Positions 1 to 10,531 are shown, counted from the first letter of the stretch. The stretch is 64,000 nt of DNA from Chthoniobacterales bacterium (GCA_038207335.1 JBBQZX010000010.1:32001-96000), one strand, 5' to 3'. Notes: generated by a model not told the origin, from the letters alone. Numbers and translations: made by a program.

Positions 1-213
1 TCCGGCGTCGATTACGGGCTGTTCGGCTTTCTCTGGATCCGAGGAAAATGCGACCCCGCAGCCGGCTGGCAGATTAATAAAAACGTCGTCACGCAGCTCC
101 TCGTCTGGTTCGTCCTCTGCCTCGTGCACATCATCCCGCACGTCGCCAATACCGTCCACGCCATCGGCCTCGGCATCGGCATGGCGTGGGGCTATATCTC
201 AGCAAAGAGATAG
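1..213 (+). CDS. Rhomboid family intramembrane serine protease (GlpG-like), 3' part only
   Basis: Frame 1 reads SGVDYGLFGFLW...VANTVHAIGLGIGMAWGYISAKR* (TAG 211-213). SGVxYGL follows the catalytic Ser and ANxxHxxG carries the catalytic His. Confidence 0.8.
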   Translation, partial: SGVDYGLFGFLWIRGKCDPAAGWQINKNVVTQLLVWFVLCLVHIIPHVANTVHAIGLGIGMAWGYISAKR

Positions 214-340
214 CACACGACTGCTTGCACAAGGAGGACGCCCGCCGTCGCGACGGTTGCTAGAATCAATTCCCGATTTCGAGTTCTCCCGGCATCTCTC
301 TCCGCCGTAATCGCCGCGTCCGCCGTTCAATCTTCTCCCC

Positions 341-365
341 CTTCGTGTCTTCGTGTCTTCGTGGT
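341..365. repeat. Short tandem repeat (CTTCGTGT)x2 + CTTCGTGGT, half of an intergenic repeat element
   Basis: cttcgtgtcttcgtgtcttcgtggt in the rhomboid-gcvT spacer. Confidence 0.7.
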
Positions 366-425
366 AAAAGTGACCCAGCAGTTTGGCGCTAGACAGCGAA
401 AGTGACCCGCTTACGCTGCCGCACC

Positions 426-1538
426 GTGTCCGAAAACTCATCGTTGAAACAGACGCCACTTCACGCCGAGCACGTCGCGCTCGGCGCGAAAATGGTGGAC
501 TTCGGCGGCTGGTCCATGCCCGTCCAATACACCGGCATCCTAGACGAACACGCCGCCGTCCGCACTGGCCTCGGCGTCTTCGACATCTCGCACATGGGTC
601 AGTTTTTTGCCTCCGGCGCGGGAGCGCTCGCGTGGCTGAATCGGATGCTCACAAACAACGTCGAGAGGCTCGGCGGCGGCGAATGCCAATACACTTTCCT
701 GCTGAACGAGCGTGGCGGCGTCATCGACGACCTCATCGTCTATCGGCTCGCCGAAGAACGGTTTCTGCTCGTCGTGAACGCCGGTAAAATCGACGAAGAC
801 TTCGCATGGCTCGAAGCGCATCGGGCCACGGATGTGACTTTCACAAACGAGAGCGCCCAATTCGCGGGGCTCGCCGTGCAGGGGCCGAAATCCGTGCAGC
901 TCTTCGACGCGTTTTTCGACGGGCGCTACTCCCGACCCGCGCGCAATGAAATCCTCCGCGTTGCGATCGACGGTGCCGATTACTTCATCGCGCGCACGGG
1001 CTACACCGGCGAGGACGGCTTCGAGATTTTTTGCCCCGCGGAGCGCGGCGTGAAAGCGTGGCGCGACATCCTCGCGCGCGGCGCGGATTTCGGAATCAAG
1101 CCGTGCGGACTCGGCGCGCGCGACACGCTCCGACTGGAGATGTGCTACCCGCTGAATGGCTCCGACCTCTCCGCCGAGACGACGCCGCTGGAGGCCGGTC
1201 TCTCCATTTTCATCGACCTGCAAAAGCCTGAATTCATCGGACGCGAGCGCCTCCAGCAGCAGCGCACCGAGGGAATCGCGCGACGGCTCGTGCCTTTCAA
1301 AATGAAGGACAAATCGCCACCGCCGCGCTCACATTATCCCGTCTTCAAAAACGGAGCGCCGATCACCGAGACGACCAGCGGCACGCTCTCTCCATCGCTC
1401 GGCATCGGCATCGGCATGGCATACATACCTACGGAATTCGCGCGCATTGGCGAAGAGATCGACATCGAAATTCGCGGCAAACGTTTCCCTGCCATCATCG
1501 AAAAAAAGCCGCTCCTGCGCGTGAACAAAGGCGCGTAA
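426..1538 (+). CDS. gcvT: Glycine cleavage system aminomethyltransferase T
   Basis: LKQTPLHAEH, DFGGWSMPVQY, FDISHMG, RTGYTGEDGFE, GARDTLRLE. GTG at 426 preferred as start (ORF track begins at 402). Confidence 0.97.
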   Translation: MSENSSLKQTPLHAEHVALGAKMVDFGGWSMPVQYTGILDEHAAVRTGLGVFDISHMGQFFASGAGALAWLNRMLTNNVERLGGGECQYTFLLNERGGVIDDLIVYRLAEERFLLVVNAGKIDEDFAWLEAHRATDVTFTNESAQFAGLAVQGPKSVQLFDAFFDGRYSRPARNEILRVAIDGADYFIARTGYTGEDGFEIFCPAERGVKAWRDILARGADFGIKPCGLGARDTLRLEMCYPLNGSDLSAETTPLEAGLSIFIDLQKPEFIGRERLQQQRTEGIARRLVPFKMKDKSPPPRSHYPVFKNGAPITETTSGTLSPSLGIGIGMAYIPTEFARIGEEIDIEIRGKRFPAIIEKKPLLRVNKGA

Positions 1539-1550
1539 AATCCTTTCAAC

Positions 1551-1952
1551 ATGAACGTCCCTGAAGACCTCAACTACGCCGAATCCCACGAATGGCTGCG
1601 TCTCGATGGGGCGAATGGAACCGTCGGAATCACAGACCACGCGCAAGACGAACTGACCGATGTCGTCTATGTCGAGTTGCCGAAAGTCGGCGCGCAAGTG
1701 AAGGCGAAGCAGCAGGTCTGCGTCGTCGAGTCCGTGAAAGCCGCGAGCGATATCTACTCGCCCATCTCGGGCACGATCACCGCGATCAATGAAGCGCTGA
1801 CGTCCAATCCCGCGCTCATCAATACCGACCCGTTCGGCGAGGGCTGGATTTTTAGGATCACGATCGAAGCTGGAGAGGAGATCGAATCGCTGAAAAGCCC
1901 GGCGCAATATCGCGAACAAATCGGCGGCCCATCCGCCGACGGCGGACTCTAG
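1551..1952 (+). CDS. gcvH: Glycine cleavage system H protein
   Basis: [25 protein letters not shown], lipoyl-Lys motif [22 protein letters not shown]. Confidence 0.97.
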   Translation: MNVPEDLNYAESHEWLRLDGANGTVGITDHAQDELTDVVYVELPKVGAQVKAKQQVCVVESVKAASDIYSPISGTITAINEALTSNPALINTDPFGEGWIFRITIEAGEEIESLKSPAQYREQIGGPSADGGL

Positions 1953-1991
1953 CTTCGCGCGAATCCGGCATCCCTTCACGGCACGCCTGCC

Positions 1992-2669
1992 ATGCGCTTC
2001 CTGATTCAGTCGGCACTCGCGCTTGCCGCATTCACTTCACTTACCGCCGCGGAATTCGAGCCGCTCTTCAATGGCAGTGATCTCGCTGGCTGGGACGGCA
2101 ATCAGCGCTTCTGGTCCGTGCGCGATGGGGTCATCCGCGGCGAGACGAAGCTCGGCGCGTTGCCGCTCGGGAACACATTTCTCATCTGGCGCGGAGGCAC
2201 GCTGCGGGACTTCGAGCTGCGCTTGAAATTTCGCATCCAGAGTGGCAATTCCGGCGTGCAGTATCGGAGCCGAGATCTCGGAAAATGGGTCGTCGCAGGG
2301 TATCAGGCGGAGATTGAAAACAGGCAGGGGAAGGTCGGATTTTTGTATGAAGAGAGGGGCCGAAAATCTCTCGCGAGCGTCGGCGAGCGCGTGGAGATCG
2401 GTGCGGATGGCGCCCGAAAAGTCACCGGCGAAATCGCGACTAAGGCCGCGCTGATCGCGAAAGGATATTACAAAACTCGCGAGTGGAACGACTACACGAT
2501 CGTCGCGCACGGAAGCCACATCGAGCAGTGGCTGAATGGCATCAAAGTCGCGGAACTCACCGACGACGATGAGGCCCATCGCGCACTCGAAGGCGTCCTC
2601 GCGCTTCAGCTCCACGCCGGGCCGCCCATGCTCGTGGAATTCCGCGACATCCTACTGAAACCGCTCTAA
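1992..2669 (+). CDS. DUF1080 (3-keto-disaccharide hydrolase-like) secreted protein
   Basis: Signal peptide, LFNGSDLAGW, DFELRLKF, NSGVQYR, GYQAEI, EWNDYTI, LALQLH...VEFRDI. Confidence 0.9.
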   Translation: MRFLIQSALALAAFTSLTAAEFEPLFNGSDLAGWDGNQRFWSVRDGVIRGETKLGALPLGNTFLIWRGGTLRDFELRLKFRIQSGNSGVQYRSRDLGKWVVAGYQAEIENRQGKVGFLYEERGRKSLASVGERVEIGADGARKVTGEIATKAALIAKGYYKTREWNDYTIVAHGSHIEQWLNGIKVAELTDDDEAHRALEGVLALQLHAGPPMLVEFRDILLKPL

Positions 2670-2710
2670 TTCCGCGCGCCCTCGCTTCGCCGTTCCTAAG
2701 TCCAAAAACC

Positions 2711-4474
2711 CTACTTCTTAGTTTCCGCTCCTTCTCCGCTCGCGAGGACTTCCACGCACGGCCTCCCCACACACATTGCAGGTTCACTCATGCGGAGCGC
2801 CGCACAGAGCGTCGGGACGAAATCGGTAATCCCGAATGGCTCCGCGTATCGACCGGCACGAAACGCGGCACCGTGAAACAGGACGGGAACGTGCGTGTCG
2901 TAGTTGTAAGGCGAGCCGTGCGTCGTGCCGGTCTTGCCGCCATAGTCGATGAGATACGGCTTCGCGAGCAGGAAGACATCGCCCCCTCGCTCGGCATTGT
3001 AGCCCGCGACCACGCGCTGTCCGAATGGGCCCGGCACCCGCCCATCGAGGAGCTGCTCCCGCGAATAGACCGCGTGATATTTCCCAGTCGAAAGCGCCCA
3101 TTCGCGGATCGCTGCCACCACTTCACTTGCCGCTAGATTCTTCTCCCGCAGCACGTCGGGATTGAAATAGAGCTGGCTGTCGTAGATGCCGCGCGTCAGC
3201 AGCAGATTCGACGAACCGAACCGCTGGCTCAACCGCGCAAGAAGATCGCCGAGAAGCGTCACATCGTCGATCCGTTGCGCGTCGAGCCCCTGCAGCGCCG
3301 CAAATTCCGGCGTCGGCATCACCGCGTGATCCGCTGTCAACGTGATCCAGACATTCTCGAGCCCGAACCTCTTGTCGAGGTAAGCGAACAAATCCGCGAG
3401 TTGCCGATCCAGCCTCAGCACGATGTCCTCCACCTCTTGCGAATACGGACCGTAGCGATGGCCCGCGGCATCGACCGCCGAGAACGATAGCGTCAGCAAA
3501 TCCGGCCCGGGTCCATCGCCGAGCTTCTCCCCCTCGATCGCCGCGCGTGCGAATTCGCCGAGGATTTGGTTTGAAAATGGCGTCGCTAGGAGATTCTCAA
3601 AGCTCTCGGTCGCAGGCGGAGCCGGCGTCGCACGCGGCGGCACGATTTTTGTGATTGCACCACCACGCGCACTGACGGCGGACGCCGCTGATTTTCCCGC
3701 GCCCGGCGCGGTCGCGGGCGGCAGCGAGCGGGCGATCACGTGCGGGAAGATGGGCTTCTTTTCTCCCGGCAGAAGTCCCTCGCCGGGCGCGTCGTCCTCG
3801 CGTTCGTACAATTTTTCGTCGAGCAGCCGTTCCCACTTTTGCCCTGCGAGCTTCGATGGCAACGCGCGCTCGTTGAACGCCTTCACCCACGCCGGCAAGT
3901 CGGCCATGTAGTAGCTGCTCGTGACGAAATTCCCGCTCGCGGCCTCAAACCAAAACGCACCCAAAGGCTTCTTCCCCGCCGGCAAAATTGCGCCGCGATC
4001 CTTCATCGAGATGCCCACGACCCTTGAGTTGAAGCGCAACCGCAGTTCATCGGCAAAATTGTCGCCGATGAAATTTCGCGGCGACATCTTCCCCTCGCTC
4101 CCCGCCGTGCCGACTCCCGTCACCGCCGGGTCGGCGCAGCAGTACACCGTTTTCCGCGTGCGCCGGTCGAACCAATCATTGCCGATGATGCCATGCATCG
4201 ACGGCGGCGCTCCGCTGAAAACGCTCGCATGTCCCGGCCCCGTCACCGTCGGGCAATAGTCGAATTTTGCCGAAGTCATGAACGCCCCGCGATCCGTCAG
4301 CAGCCGAAATCCGCCGTCCGAGAACCGCTCATGAAACCGCACCAGATAGTCGTAACGTAACTGATCCACGAGGATCGCCACGATGAGCTTAGGTCGCGGC
4401 GCTTCCACCGCACGGAGTACCGGTGAGAAAAAAAAGAGCACGGCACAGACGCGGAGGAGCGATCGCTTTTGCAT
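2711..4474 (-). CDS. Alkaline phosphatase superfamily protein (PafA-like)
   Basis: VDQLRYDYL, TVTGPGHA (Thr nucleophile), HGIIGNDW, KDRGAILPAG, DAAGH, TADHA, HGSPYNYDTHVP; signal peptide after MQKRS. Confidence 0.9.
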   Translation of the reverse strand: MQKRSLLRVCAVLFFFSPVLRAVEAPRPKLIVAILVDQLRYDYLVRFHERFSDGGFRLLTDRGAFMTSAKFDYCPTVTGPGHASVFSGAPPSMHGIIGNDWFDRRTRKTVYCCADPAVTGVGTAGSEGKMSPRNFIGDNFADELRLRFNSRVVGISMKDRGAILPAGKKPLGAFWFEAASGNFVTSSYYMADLPAWVKAFNERALPSKLAGQKWERLLDEKLYEREDDAPGEGLLPGEKKPIFPHVIARSLPPATAPGAGKSAASAVSARGGAITKIVPPRATPAPPATESFENLLATPFSNQILGEFARAAIEGEKLGDGPGPDLLTLSFSAVDAAGHRYGPYSQEVEDIVLRLDRQLADLFAYLDKRFGLENVWITLTADHAVMPTPEFAALQGLDAQRIDDVTLLGDLLARLSQRFGSSNLLLTRGIYDSQLYFNPDVLREKNLAASEVVAAIREWALSTGKYHAVYSREQLLDGRVPGPFGQRVVAGYNAERGGDVFLLAKPYLIDYGGKTGTTHGSPYNYDTHVPVLFHGAAFRAGRYAEPFGITDFVPTLCAALRMSEPAMCVGRPCVEVLASGEGAETKK

Positions 4475-4664
4475 GAGGGTGGTGCGAGCAAACATGGAGT
4501 TTGCGTAGAGATGCAACGCCTTCTCGCAGCGGCGAAGCGGGTGCGTCGGAGCGCGTAATCCGCGTCCTCAGTCCGCATTCCGGCGTTCGCCGTTTTCCGT
4601 GAATTTTGCGTCTCCGCAGAAACTCGACTTTTGCGGCGTTGCAATCATTTTCACGCAACCCCCC

Positions 4665-7600
4665 ATGAAACATTCTCGCGTCATTTTCGCGGCGAGCGCG
4701 CTGCCCGTGCTCGCTCTCATCGTCCGCAGCCAGGCGATTTCGATCACTGCACCGGGCACTTACACGCAGGATTTCAATGGGCTCGCGACGACTACCGGGA
4801 CGACTTGGGCGAATGATTCGACGGTGCCGGGCTGGTATGCGCAGACGGATACCCTGACGACGATTCCACTCGGGATATACAATGGCGGAGACGCGCTGAC
4901 TTCCGGGATGTTCAGCGTAGGTGCGGCGGGAAGCACCGAACGCTCGCTGGGTTTTCGCCCGACGACGAATGGCTACGGGATGACGCTGCTCGGCCTGTCT
5001 TTTCAAAATAACACGGCGGGGACGCTGAACTTCGGGAGCTTTTCGTATCAGGGGGAGCTGTGGTTTGGGCAGACGAATGCGAGCACGCCGGATGGTTATC
5101 AATTTTTTTACCAAATCGGGAGCGCTGCGATCACGAACCTCGGGCCGTTCACGGTGAATAATGGCGCGACTTTTGCCGCGAATGCAGCGGTGGACGATGC
5201 GGGCTGGACGCGCGTCTCGGCGCTGGATTACACGGCCGCGAACAGCTCGACGGCGGCGTTCAATCCGGGGCTGAACACGGCGGTGTCGGTGGCGAATCTC
5301 GGGGTGACGCTCGCCCCCGGGCAGTTCATCACATTTCGTTGGCGGAATCCGAATGACACGGGCGGCGATGCGATCATGGCGATCGACGATGTTGTGATCG
5401 CTTACAATTTGCTTGGTGCGGACCTGACCTACGATCTTCTGCACACTGCGGGCGGCGCGCCGAATGGGATGCTCACGACGTCCGGTGGGCAGTATTTTCT
5501 GAATGGCGGGGTCCCCGCGAGCTTCGCGCAGAATGACAGTGTGACCTTCAGCCAAAGCGGCTCGGCGACGATCGCGGTGCCGGCGAATGTGACGGTCGGG
5601 GGCTTCACGGTGAGCGCGGCGAGCGGCACGTACACGATCGGGGGCGCGGGGGCGATCACGGGGCCTTTTGCGAAGAGCGGGGGCTCCACGCTGGTGCTGA
5701 CTTCGGCGAATGTGTTCAGCGCTCCGACGATCACCGGCGGCGTGGTGGAGACGCAGGCGCAAGGCGCACTCGGCACGGGAGGCATCGCGATCAGCGGAGG
5801 CTCGATGTTGAAGACGACGACGGCGCCGCAGACGCAGACGGGCTCGCTGGCGGTCGGCACGGGCGGGGCGACGGTGCAGACGGATGCGAGCCTGACGGTG
5901 AGCGGCATCTCGGGGAGTGGGCCGCTGTTGAAGACTGGCGTGGGCGCGCTGACGCTCTCCTCCGGGGCGGCGAGCGCGCATGTCGCGGGTATCACGATCG
6001 GCGCGGGGAAGGTGAGCGCGAGCACGGCGGCGGCGCTCGGTGGCGCGACGCAGGCGATCACGCTCGGTGGCGGCACGCTGGAACTCACGAATACCGCGGC
6101 GGAGGAAACTTTCAACGATACGACGACAGCACGCACGATCGTCGTGACGGCGGCTGGCGGAGGCATCGCGGTGACTGCGCCGGCCTCGACCGGCGCAGGG
6201 CCGGGAATCGGTCTCACGGTGGCGCGCGCGGATTCGATCAACGGCGGCGGAACGCTGACGAAATCAGGCACGGGCGTGCTACGGCTCGCGGCGAATCAGA
6301 CGACTTTCACGGGAAACTGGATCGTGGCTGGCGGCATCCTAAGCTACGGGAATGGGCTCGCGAATGCGCTCGGCAGCGGCAGCGTGACGGTGCTGCCGGG
6401 CGGCACATTTGGCGGTGTGAATACTGTCGTGCCCGCAGGCAATCCGATCACGCTGGCAGGCGGCGCGCTCGGCACGCGGACGGGCGATCTCACGGATTTT
6501 CAGAGCAGCGTGAATGTGACGGCACCGTCGTTCATCGGGCTGCGCAGTTTCAATTCGCCGGTCAATAGCGACAACATTCTCATTAGCGGAAAGCTCTCCG
6601 GCAGCGCGAGTCTCACGCTCCAGGGAAATGTCGGGACGCTCGTGCGTGCGCTGCGAGTGAGCAATGAGACGAACGATTTCAGCGGCGCGTTCATCGTGGA
6701 GCCAGGCCAGACGTTGCACGCGCAGGCGACTGTCGGCACCGGCAGCGCGCTCGCCACGAGCAACGTGCAGCTTCAGGCGGATGCAGCGAACCCGAGCACG
6801 CTGCGGATTCGCGACGACGGCACAGCGGGCGGGCAGACGCTCACGTATGGAAATGCGGTGACGCTGACCGGGACGGGTGCGGCGGTGGTGGATGTCGATC
6901 GCAGCGGCGTGGCGAATACCGGCAGCACGATCGCGCTCGGGACACTGGCGCTCGGCGGGCAGACTTTGAACAGCGTCGGAGCGAATGGATACCGCGCGTC
7001 GTTCAGCACCGTCGGGCTGAGCGCGGATTCCACGCTGAATCCCACGACCGCCGACATCGTCGTAAGCGGCGGGATCAGCGGCAACGCGGCGCTAACGAAG
7101 ACCGGCGCGGGCGCGCTGCGACTCGGTGGCGCGAGCACATTCAGCGGTGCCGCGCATCTCGCGGGCGGCGCGACGGTGCTCGCTGCGGGTGCGACGCTGG
7201 GCACGTCATTGATCGACATCGGCCCCGCCGGAACCCTCGATGCCACGGCGCTTCCCACCGGACTCGCGCTTGGCGCAGGACAGACGCTGGGCGGCAGCGG
7301 CACACTCACCGGCGCGCTCGCGGTCGGGCCCGGAATTATCGATCCGGGCGCGGGGGCGGCAGCGGGCGTCCTGCGGATTTCCGCGGATACCAGCTTCACT
7401 CCGGCGTCCACGCTTTCTCTCCAAGTCGCGCATCTCAGCATCGGCGTCGTCGTGCCCGGCACGGATTACGATCAGATTCTGCTCGGCACCGGAGTCGGCC
7501 CCGCGAGCACCGCCAGCCTCACGCTCGGCGGCGGCGCGCTCGTGCTCTCGGTCGGCGGCGGCATCGTCGCAGGCGACCTCTTTTTCATCATCGTGAATGA

Positions 7601-7829
7601 CGGCAACGATCCGATCGCCGGCACGCTCACCGGTCTCACGCAAGGCGCGACATTTGCCCAAGGAGGCCAGTCATTCCAAATCAGCTACGGCGCTGACTCG
7701 GTCGCCGGCACATTTCTCGGCGGCAACGACCTCGCGATCGTCGCCGTCCCCGAGCCGAACGCCGCGCTCTTCGTGCTGCTCGGCGGCGCGCTCCTCGGCC
7801 TGCGGCGACGCGCGCGGCATCACGCCTGA
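4665..7829 (+). CDS. PEP-CTERM surface protein with autotransporter-associated beta-strand repeats
   Basis: Signal peptide MKHSRVIFAAS...; repeats AKSGGSTLVLT, LKTGVGALTLS, LTKSGTGVLRL, LTKTGAGALRL; C-terminal VPEP + TM helix + RRRAR. Confidence 0.92.
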   Translation: MKHSRVIFAASALPVLALIVRSQAISITAPGTYTQDFNGLATTTGTTWANDSTVPGWYAQTDTLTTIPLGIYNGGDALTSGMFSVGAAGSTERSLGFRPTTNGYGMTLLGLSFQNNTAGTLNFGSFSYQGELWFGQTNASTPDGYQFFYQIGSAAITNLGPFTVNNGATFAANAAVDDAGWTRVSALDYTAANSSTAAFNPGLNTAVSVANLGVTLAPGQFITFRWRNPNDTGGDAIMAIDDVVIAYNLLGADLTYDLLHTAGGAPNGMLTTSGGQYFLNGGVPASFAQNDSVTFSQSGSATIAVPANVTVGGFTVSAASGTYTIGGAGAITGPFAKSGGSTLVLTSANVFSAPTITGGVVETQAQGALGTGGIAISGGSMLKTTTAPQTQTGSLAVGTGGATVQTDASLTVSGISGSGPLLKTGVGALTLSSGAASAHVAGITIGAGKVSASTAAALGGATQAITLGGGTLELTNTAAEETFNDTTTARTIVVTAAGGGIAVTAPASTGAGPGIGLTVARADSINGGGTLTKSGTGVLRLAANQTTFTGNWIVAGGILSYGNGLANALGSGSVTVLPGGTFGGVNTVVPAGNPITLAGGALGTRTGDLTDFQSSVNVTAPSFIGLRSFNSPVNSDNILISGKLSGSASLTLQGNVGTLVRALRVSNETNDFSGAFIVEPGQTLHAQATVGTGSALATSNVQLQADAANPSTLRIRDDGTAGGQTLTYGNAVTLTGTGAAVVDVDRSGVANTGSTIALGTLALGGQTLNSVGANGYRASFSTVGLSADSTLNPTTADIVVSGGISGNAALTKTGAGALRLGGASTFSGAAHLAGGATVLAAGATLGTSLIDIGPAGTLDATALPTGLALGAGQTLGGSGTLTGALAVGPGIIDPGAGAAAGVLRISADTSFTPASTLSLQVAHLSIGVVVPGTDYDQILLGTGVGPASTASLTLGGGALVLSVGGGIVAGDLFFIIVNDGNDPIAGTLTGLTQGATFAQGGQSFQISYGADSVAGTFLGGNDLAIVAVPEPNAALFVLLGGALLGLRRRARHHA

Positions 7830-8290
7830 CGCGGTGCGTGCTGCGCGGCAAGTTTGCGCGCATGGAGTCGGCTGATGATGACGCGCCCCGCGATGACATG
7901 CGCCGGGAGCACGATGAACGTGCCGACGCCGATCCACGCGTGCCACCGACTGAGCCACTCGCGGAATGCTTCGTCGCCCGCGTAGTAGAGGCCGTATCCG
8001 GTCGCGATGAGGAAGGCGTTCAGCGCGATGAGCAGCGCGCCGGAGAGCCGATTTTTGTCCGCGGTCCAGCCGCGCCGGATATGCGTGGCGAGCGCACCCA
8101 GCACGAGCAGCGCAGCCATCGCAGCGCCGCCGTGGATTCTCAGCAGCAGCCTCGGAAGCCGCTCCCACGCTTGATCTTCGAGCCGCGTCTGCGCGAACAT
8201 CCAACCCGCGCCGGTGAGAAGCAGCACGCCGAAGCTGACGTAAACCGCCGCTTGAAACGGCCGGCTGAGATGAAATGTGGAGCGCTTCAT
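7820..8290 (-). CDS. Four-TM membrane protein with four His, putative cytochrome b-like partner of the flavinylation system
   Basis: Four hydrophobic segments; His pairs IHGGAAM...ATHIRRGW and RWHAWIG...PAHV; ATGA overlap with the apbE stop. Confidence 0.7.
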   Translation of the reverse strand: MKRSTFHLSRPFQAAVYVSFGVLLLTGAGWMFAQTRLEDQAWERLPRLLLRIHGGAAMAALLVLGALATHIRRGWTADKNRLSGALLIALNAFLIATGYGLYYAGDEAFREWLSRWHAWIGVGTFIVLPAHVIAGRVIISRLHARKLAAQHAPRQA

Positions 8291-9156
8291 GCCCACCGCG
8301 GACTGCACAAAACTTCGCCCGCCGTGACGACGAAAAGCGCGTCGGCGTGAAAGTGCACAAGCACCGGCAGCGATGCCTCGCCGCGCAGCATGACAATCTT
8401 AGTGAGCGCATCTGCGAGCATCGCGGTGCGAGCGCGAACAGTTGCGCTTTGCACGGCGACGGGCGCATAGGAGCACGGCTCGACGATCGGCCCGCGCGTG
8501 GCAGCGGGTGTGATGCGGTCGGCAAAATAGTGCGCGGAGGTGGCGAGCGCAGCATCGGCAAGAGCAATAGTCGTGAGCGCTTGCCGGGGCTCCAGCGGGT
8601 TGCGGATCGCGATGGGAAAAGAACGCGAGCCGAGCCCCCGCAGATCGCCGCCGGCATTCACCAGCGCGTTGCCGATGCCGTGCTCCCGAAGCGTCTCGAT
8701 CGCGCGGTCGACGGCGAATCCTTTCGCGATGCCACCGAGATCGAGCCGCACGCCAGGACGATGAAACCGAACGCGCCGATCCGACAACAGTTCGACGTCC
8801 GAGAAACTCGGAACGCTGTTGAGATCAGCATTCACGGGCGATCCGCCGCACGGCAGGAATCCAAGCGCCTGCAACTGCGGCGCAACCGCGACATCGAATG
8901 CCCCGCCTGAAACCCGCCACATTTCCTCCGCGCATTCCAGCACGGAAAACGTTGCCACATCCACCTCCACCGGCTCGTAAAACGCCCGCCGATTCACCTC
9001 CGAAAGCACGCTCGCGGGGTCATGAAAACTCATCCGCCGCTGCACCTCCGCGACCGTCCCGAACGCGGCGCTGATCGCACGCCGCGCGCGATTTTCACCA
9101 CAATCCGCGACCGTGATCTCGACGAACGTCCCTAGTAGCGGACGCGACCGCCTCAT
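8287..9156 (-). CDS. apbE: FAD:protein FMN transferase (ApbE family)
   Basis: LLGTFVEI, MSFHDPASVLSEVN, SGGAFDVAV, LDLGGIAKGFAVD, VNAGGDLR, ALATSA, ADALTK. Start is 9156 or 9177; no signal peptide. Confidence 0.93.
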   Translation of the reverse strand: MRRSRPLLGTFVEITVADCGENRARRAISAAFGTVAEVQRRMSFHDPASVLSEVNRRAFYEPVEVDVATFSVLECAEEMWRVSGGAFDVAVAPQLQALGFLPCGGSPVNADLNSVPSFSDVELLSDRRVRFHRPGVRLDLGGIAKGFAVDRAIETLREHGIGNALVNAGGDLRGLGSRSFPIAIRNPLEPRQALTTIALADAALATSAHYFADRITPAATRGPIVEPCSYAPVAVQSATVRARTAMLADALTKIVMLRGEASLPVLVHFHADALFVVTAGEVLCSPRWA

Positions 9157-9157
9157 C

Positions 9158-9679
9158 TCACTTGAGCGCGATTTCATACACAGCAAGCACCCGCCGCACG
9201 CCCTCCGTCACGTGCCGACTCGAGAGCGTCGCGCCGCTGATATTCTTGATATCCTGATCCAGTCGCAGCGGCGCGCACGCCGTCTTTCCTGTGAATTGCG
9301 CGCGCCATTTCGCCTCACGCACCTCACCGCCGTACGACTCGCGATACTCCATGATCTCCACGTCTTTCACCGCTCCGCCCACCGTGAGCGCGACCGCGAA
9401 CGTGATGTATTCATGCTTCCCGAGCACGTCATCCACCACAAACCAGCCGCCGCCTGCCACCCGCCAAATCTGCGGGTCTTTCCTCAACCGCATGTCGCTC
9501 ATCTTCTCGATCGCCTTGCGCTGCTCCGGTGACAGCTTCGCCTCCGAGCGCGTCATCGCGGCACCGGGAAACATCTCCTTTTGCGCCTGTTCGATGGTGA
9601 GGTAAGTCGTAGCAAAGCATGGCGCCGATGTGCTGAGAACGAGTGCCGCGGGAAGCGTGAAAGTTTTCCAGTCGGACAT
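9158..9679 (-). CDS. FMN-binding domain protein (flavinylation substrate)
   Basis: Signal peptide; GKHEYITFAVAL, YRESYGGEV, WRAQFTGK; flavinylation motif IKNISGATLSS. Confidence 0.9.
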   Translation of the reverse strand: MSDWKTFTLPAALVLSTSAPCFATTYLTIEQAQKEMFPGAAMTRSEAKLSPEQRKAIEKMSDMRLRKDPQIWRVAGGGWFVVDDVLGKHEYITFAVALTVGGAVKDVEIMEYRESYGGEVREAKWRAQFTGKTACAPLRLDQDIKNISGATLSSRHVTEGVRRVLAVYEIALK

Positions 9680-9682
9680 GGT

Positions 9683-10531
9683 TTAGAAATTGATGCCGAC
9701 CTTCAGTCGAAATTGATTGCGTTGCTCTTCCGCGAACGTCTGGCCGGTGTGCGATTCATCCACGCCCTCGCCATACACCTGATAATTCCAGCTCAAAGTC
9801 GCCCAGAATTTCTCGCCACCGTAGTGCAGCGTCGGCCCGGCATAGACCACGCCGTGCTCGAAAAAATTGAGGTCGAAGAGCGGATACTCCACCCGCGCGT
9901 GCGCCTCCGCGCCGATGAACCAATTCCGCGCGAACCGATACGACACGCCGAGCCCGCCCGAGTATGAAAACTCGCGCGGATATTCCTCCGCGGGCTGCTT
10001 TCCCCATGCCCACTCCACACCTCCACTGAGCGCCACGATCAGCGTGTCATCGAGGAAGTTTTTTTGAAGCGCAAAACCGGGCGCGATGAATGGCTCGTGC
10101 TCGATGAACCCGCCGACATCGTCGTGGATCAGAAAGCCGCCCTCGAGCCGGAGCGCGAGTCCGATGAAGTCTTTGAAAGGCGAAAGCACGCGATATTTTC
10201 CCGCCACCTCGATCCCGCCAAAACGGTATACCTGACGGTTGCCGAGGTCCTCGGTGTCGTAATCGAAATAGCGATTCACAACGGCGACGCTCGCCTGGAA
10301 TTTGTCCGTGAAGCCGTATTCAAGCTCCGTCTCGAAGTCGTATCCATAATACGGACCCGACGGCTTGCCGGTCCGAAGCGTCGAAAACTGATACAGTTCG
10401 AAGTGCCCACCGGGCAGGGTCTCTGCGCCGGTGACCCAGCCGAAAAGCTGCTCGTCGGCGCGAGAGGGGGTGGGGAGAAAAGCGAGCAATGCTGCAGCAA
10501 TGCGGATGGGACGGATGGAGCGATGAAGCAT
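9683..10531 (-). CDS. Outer-membrane beta-barrel protein (DUF6662-like)
   Basis: Signal peptide ending SRA-DEQLFG; GAETLP, ELEYGFTD, alternating beta strands, C-terminal LKVGINF (Phe terminus). Confidence 0.75.
   Translation of the reverse strand: MLHRSIRPIRIAAALLAFLPTPSRADEQLFGWVTGAETLPGGHFELYQFSTLRTGKPSGPYYGYDFETELEYGFTDKFQASVAVVNRYFDYDTEDLGNRQVYRFGGIEVAGKYRVLSPFKDFIGLALRLEGGFLIHDDVGGFIEHEPFIAPGFALQKNFLDDTLIVALSGGVEWAWGKQPAEEYPREFSYSGGLGVSYRFARNWFIGAEAHARVEYPLFDLNFFEHGVVYAGPTLHYGGEKFWATLSWNYQVYGEGVDESHTGQTFAEEQRNQFRLKVGINF

Noticed and set aside
214..425. Glycine riboswitch upstream of gcvT
   Set aside because: No recognisable tandem aptamer motifs (GGAGA...CCGAAG...CTCAGG); the spacer holds short repeat elements instead
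426..1952. Novel GcvP-independent role for gcvT-gcvH
   Set aside because: gcvP is often encoded elsewhere; absence from this window is not evidence
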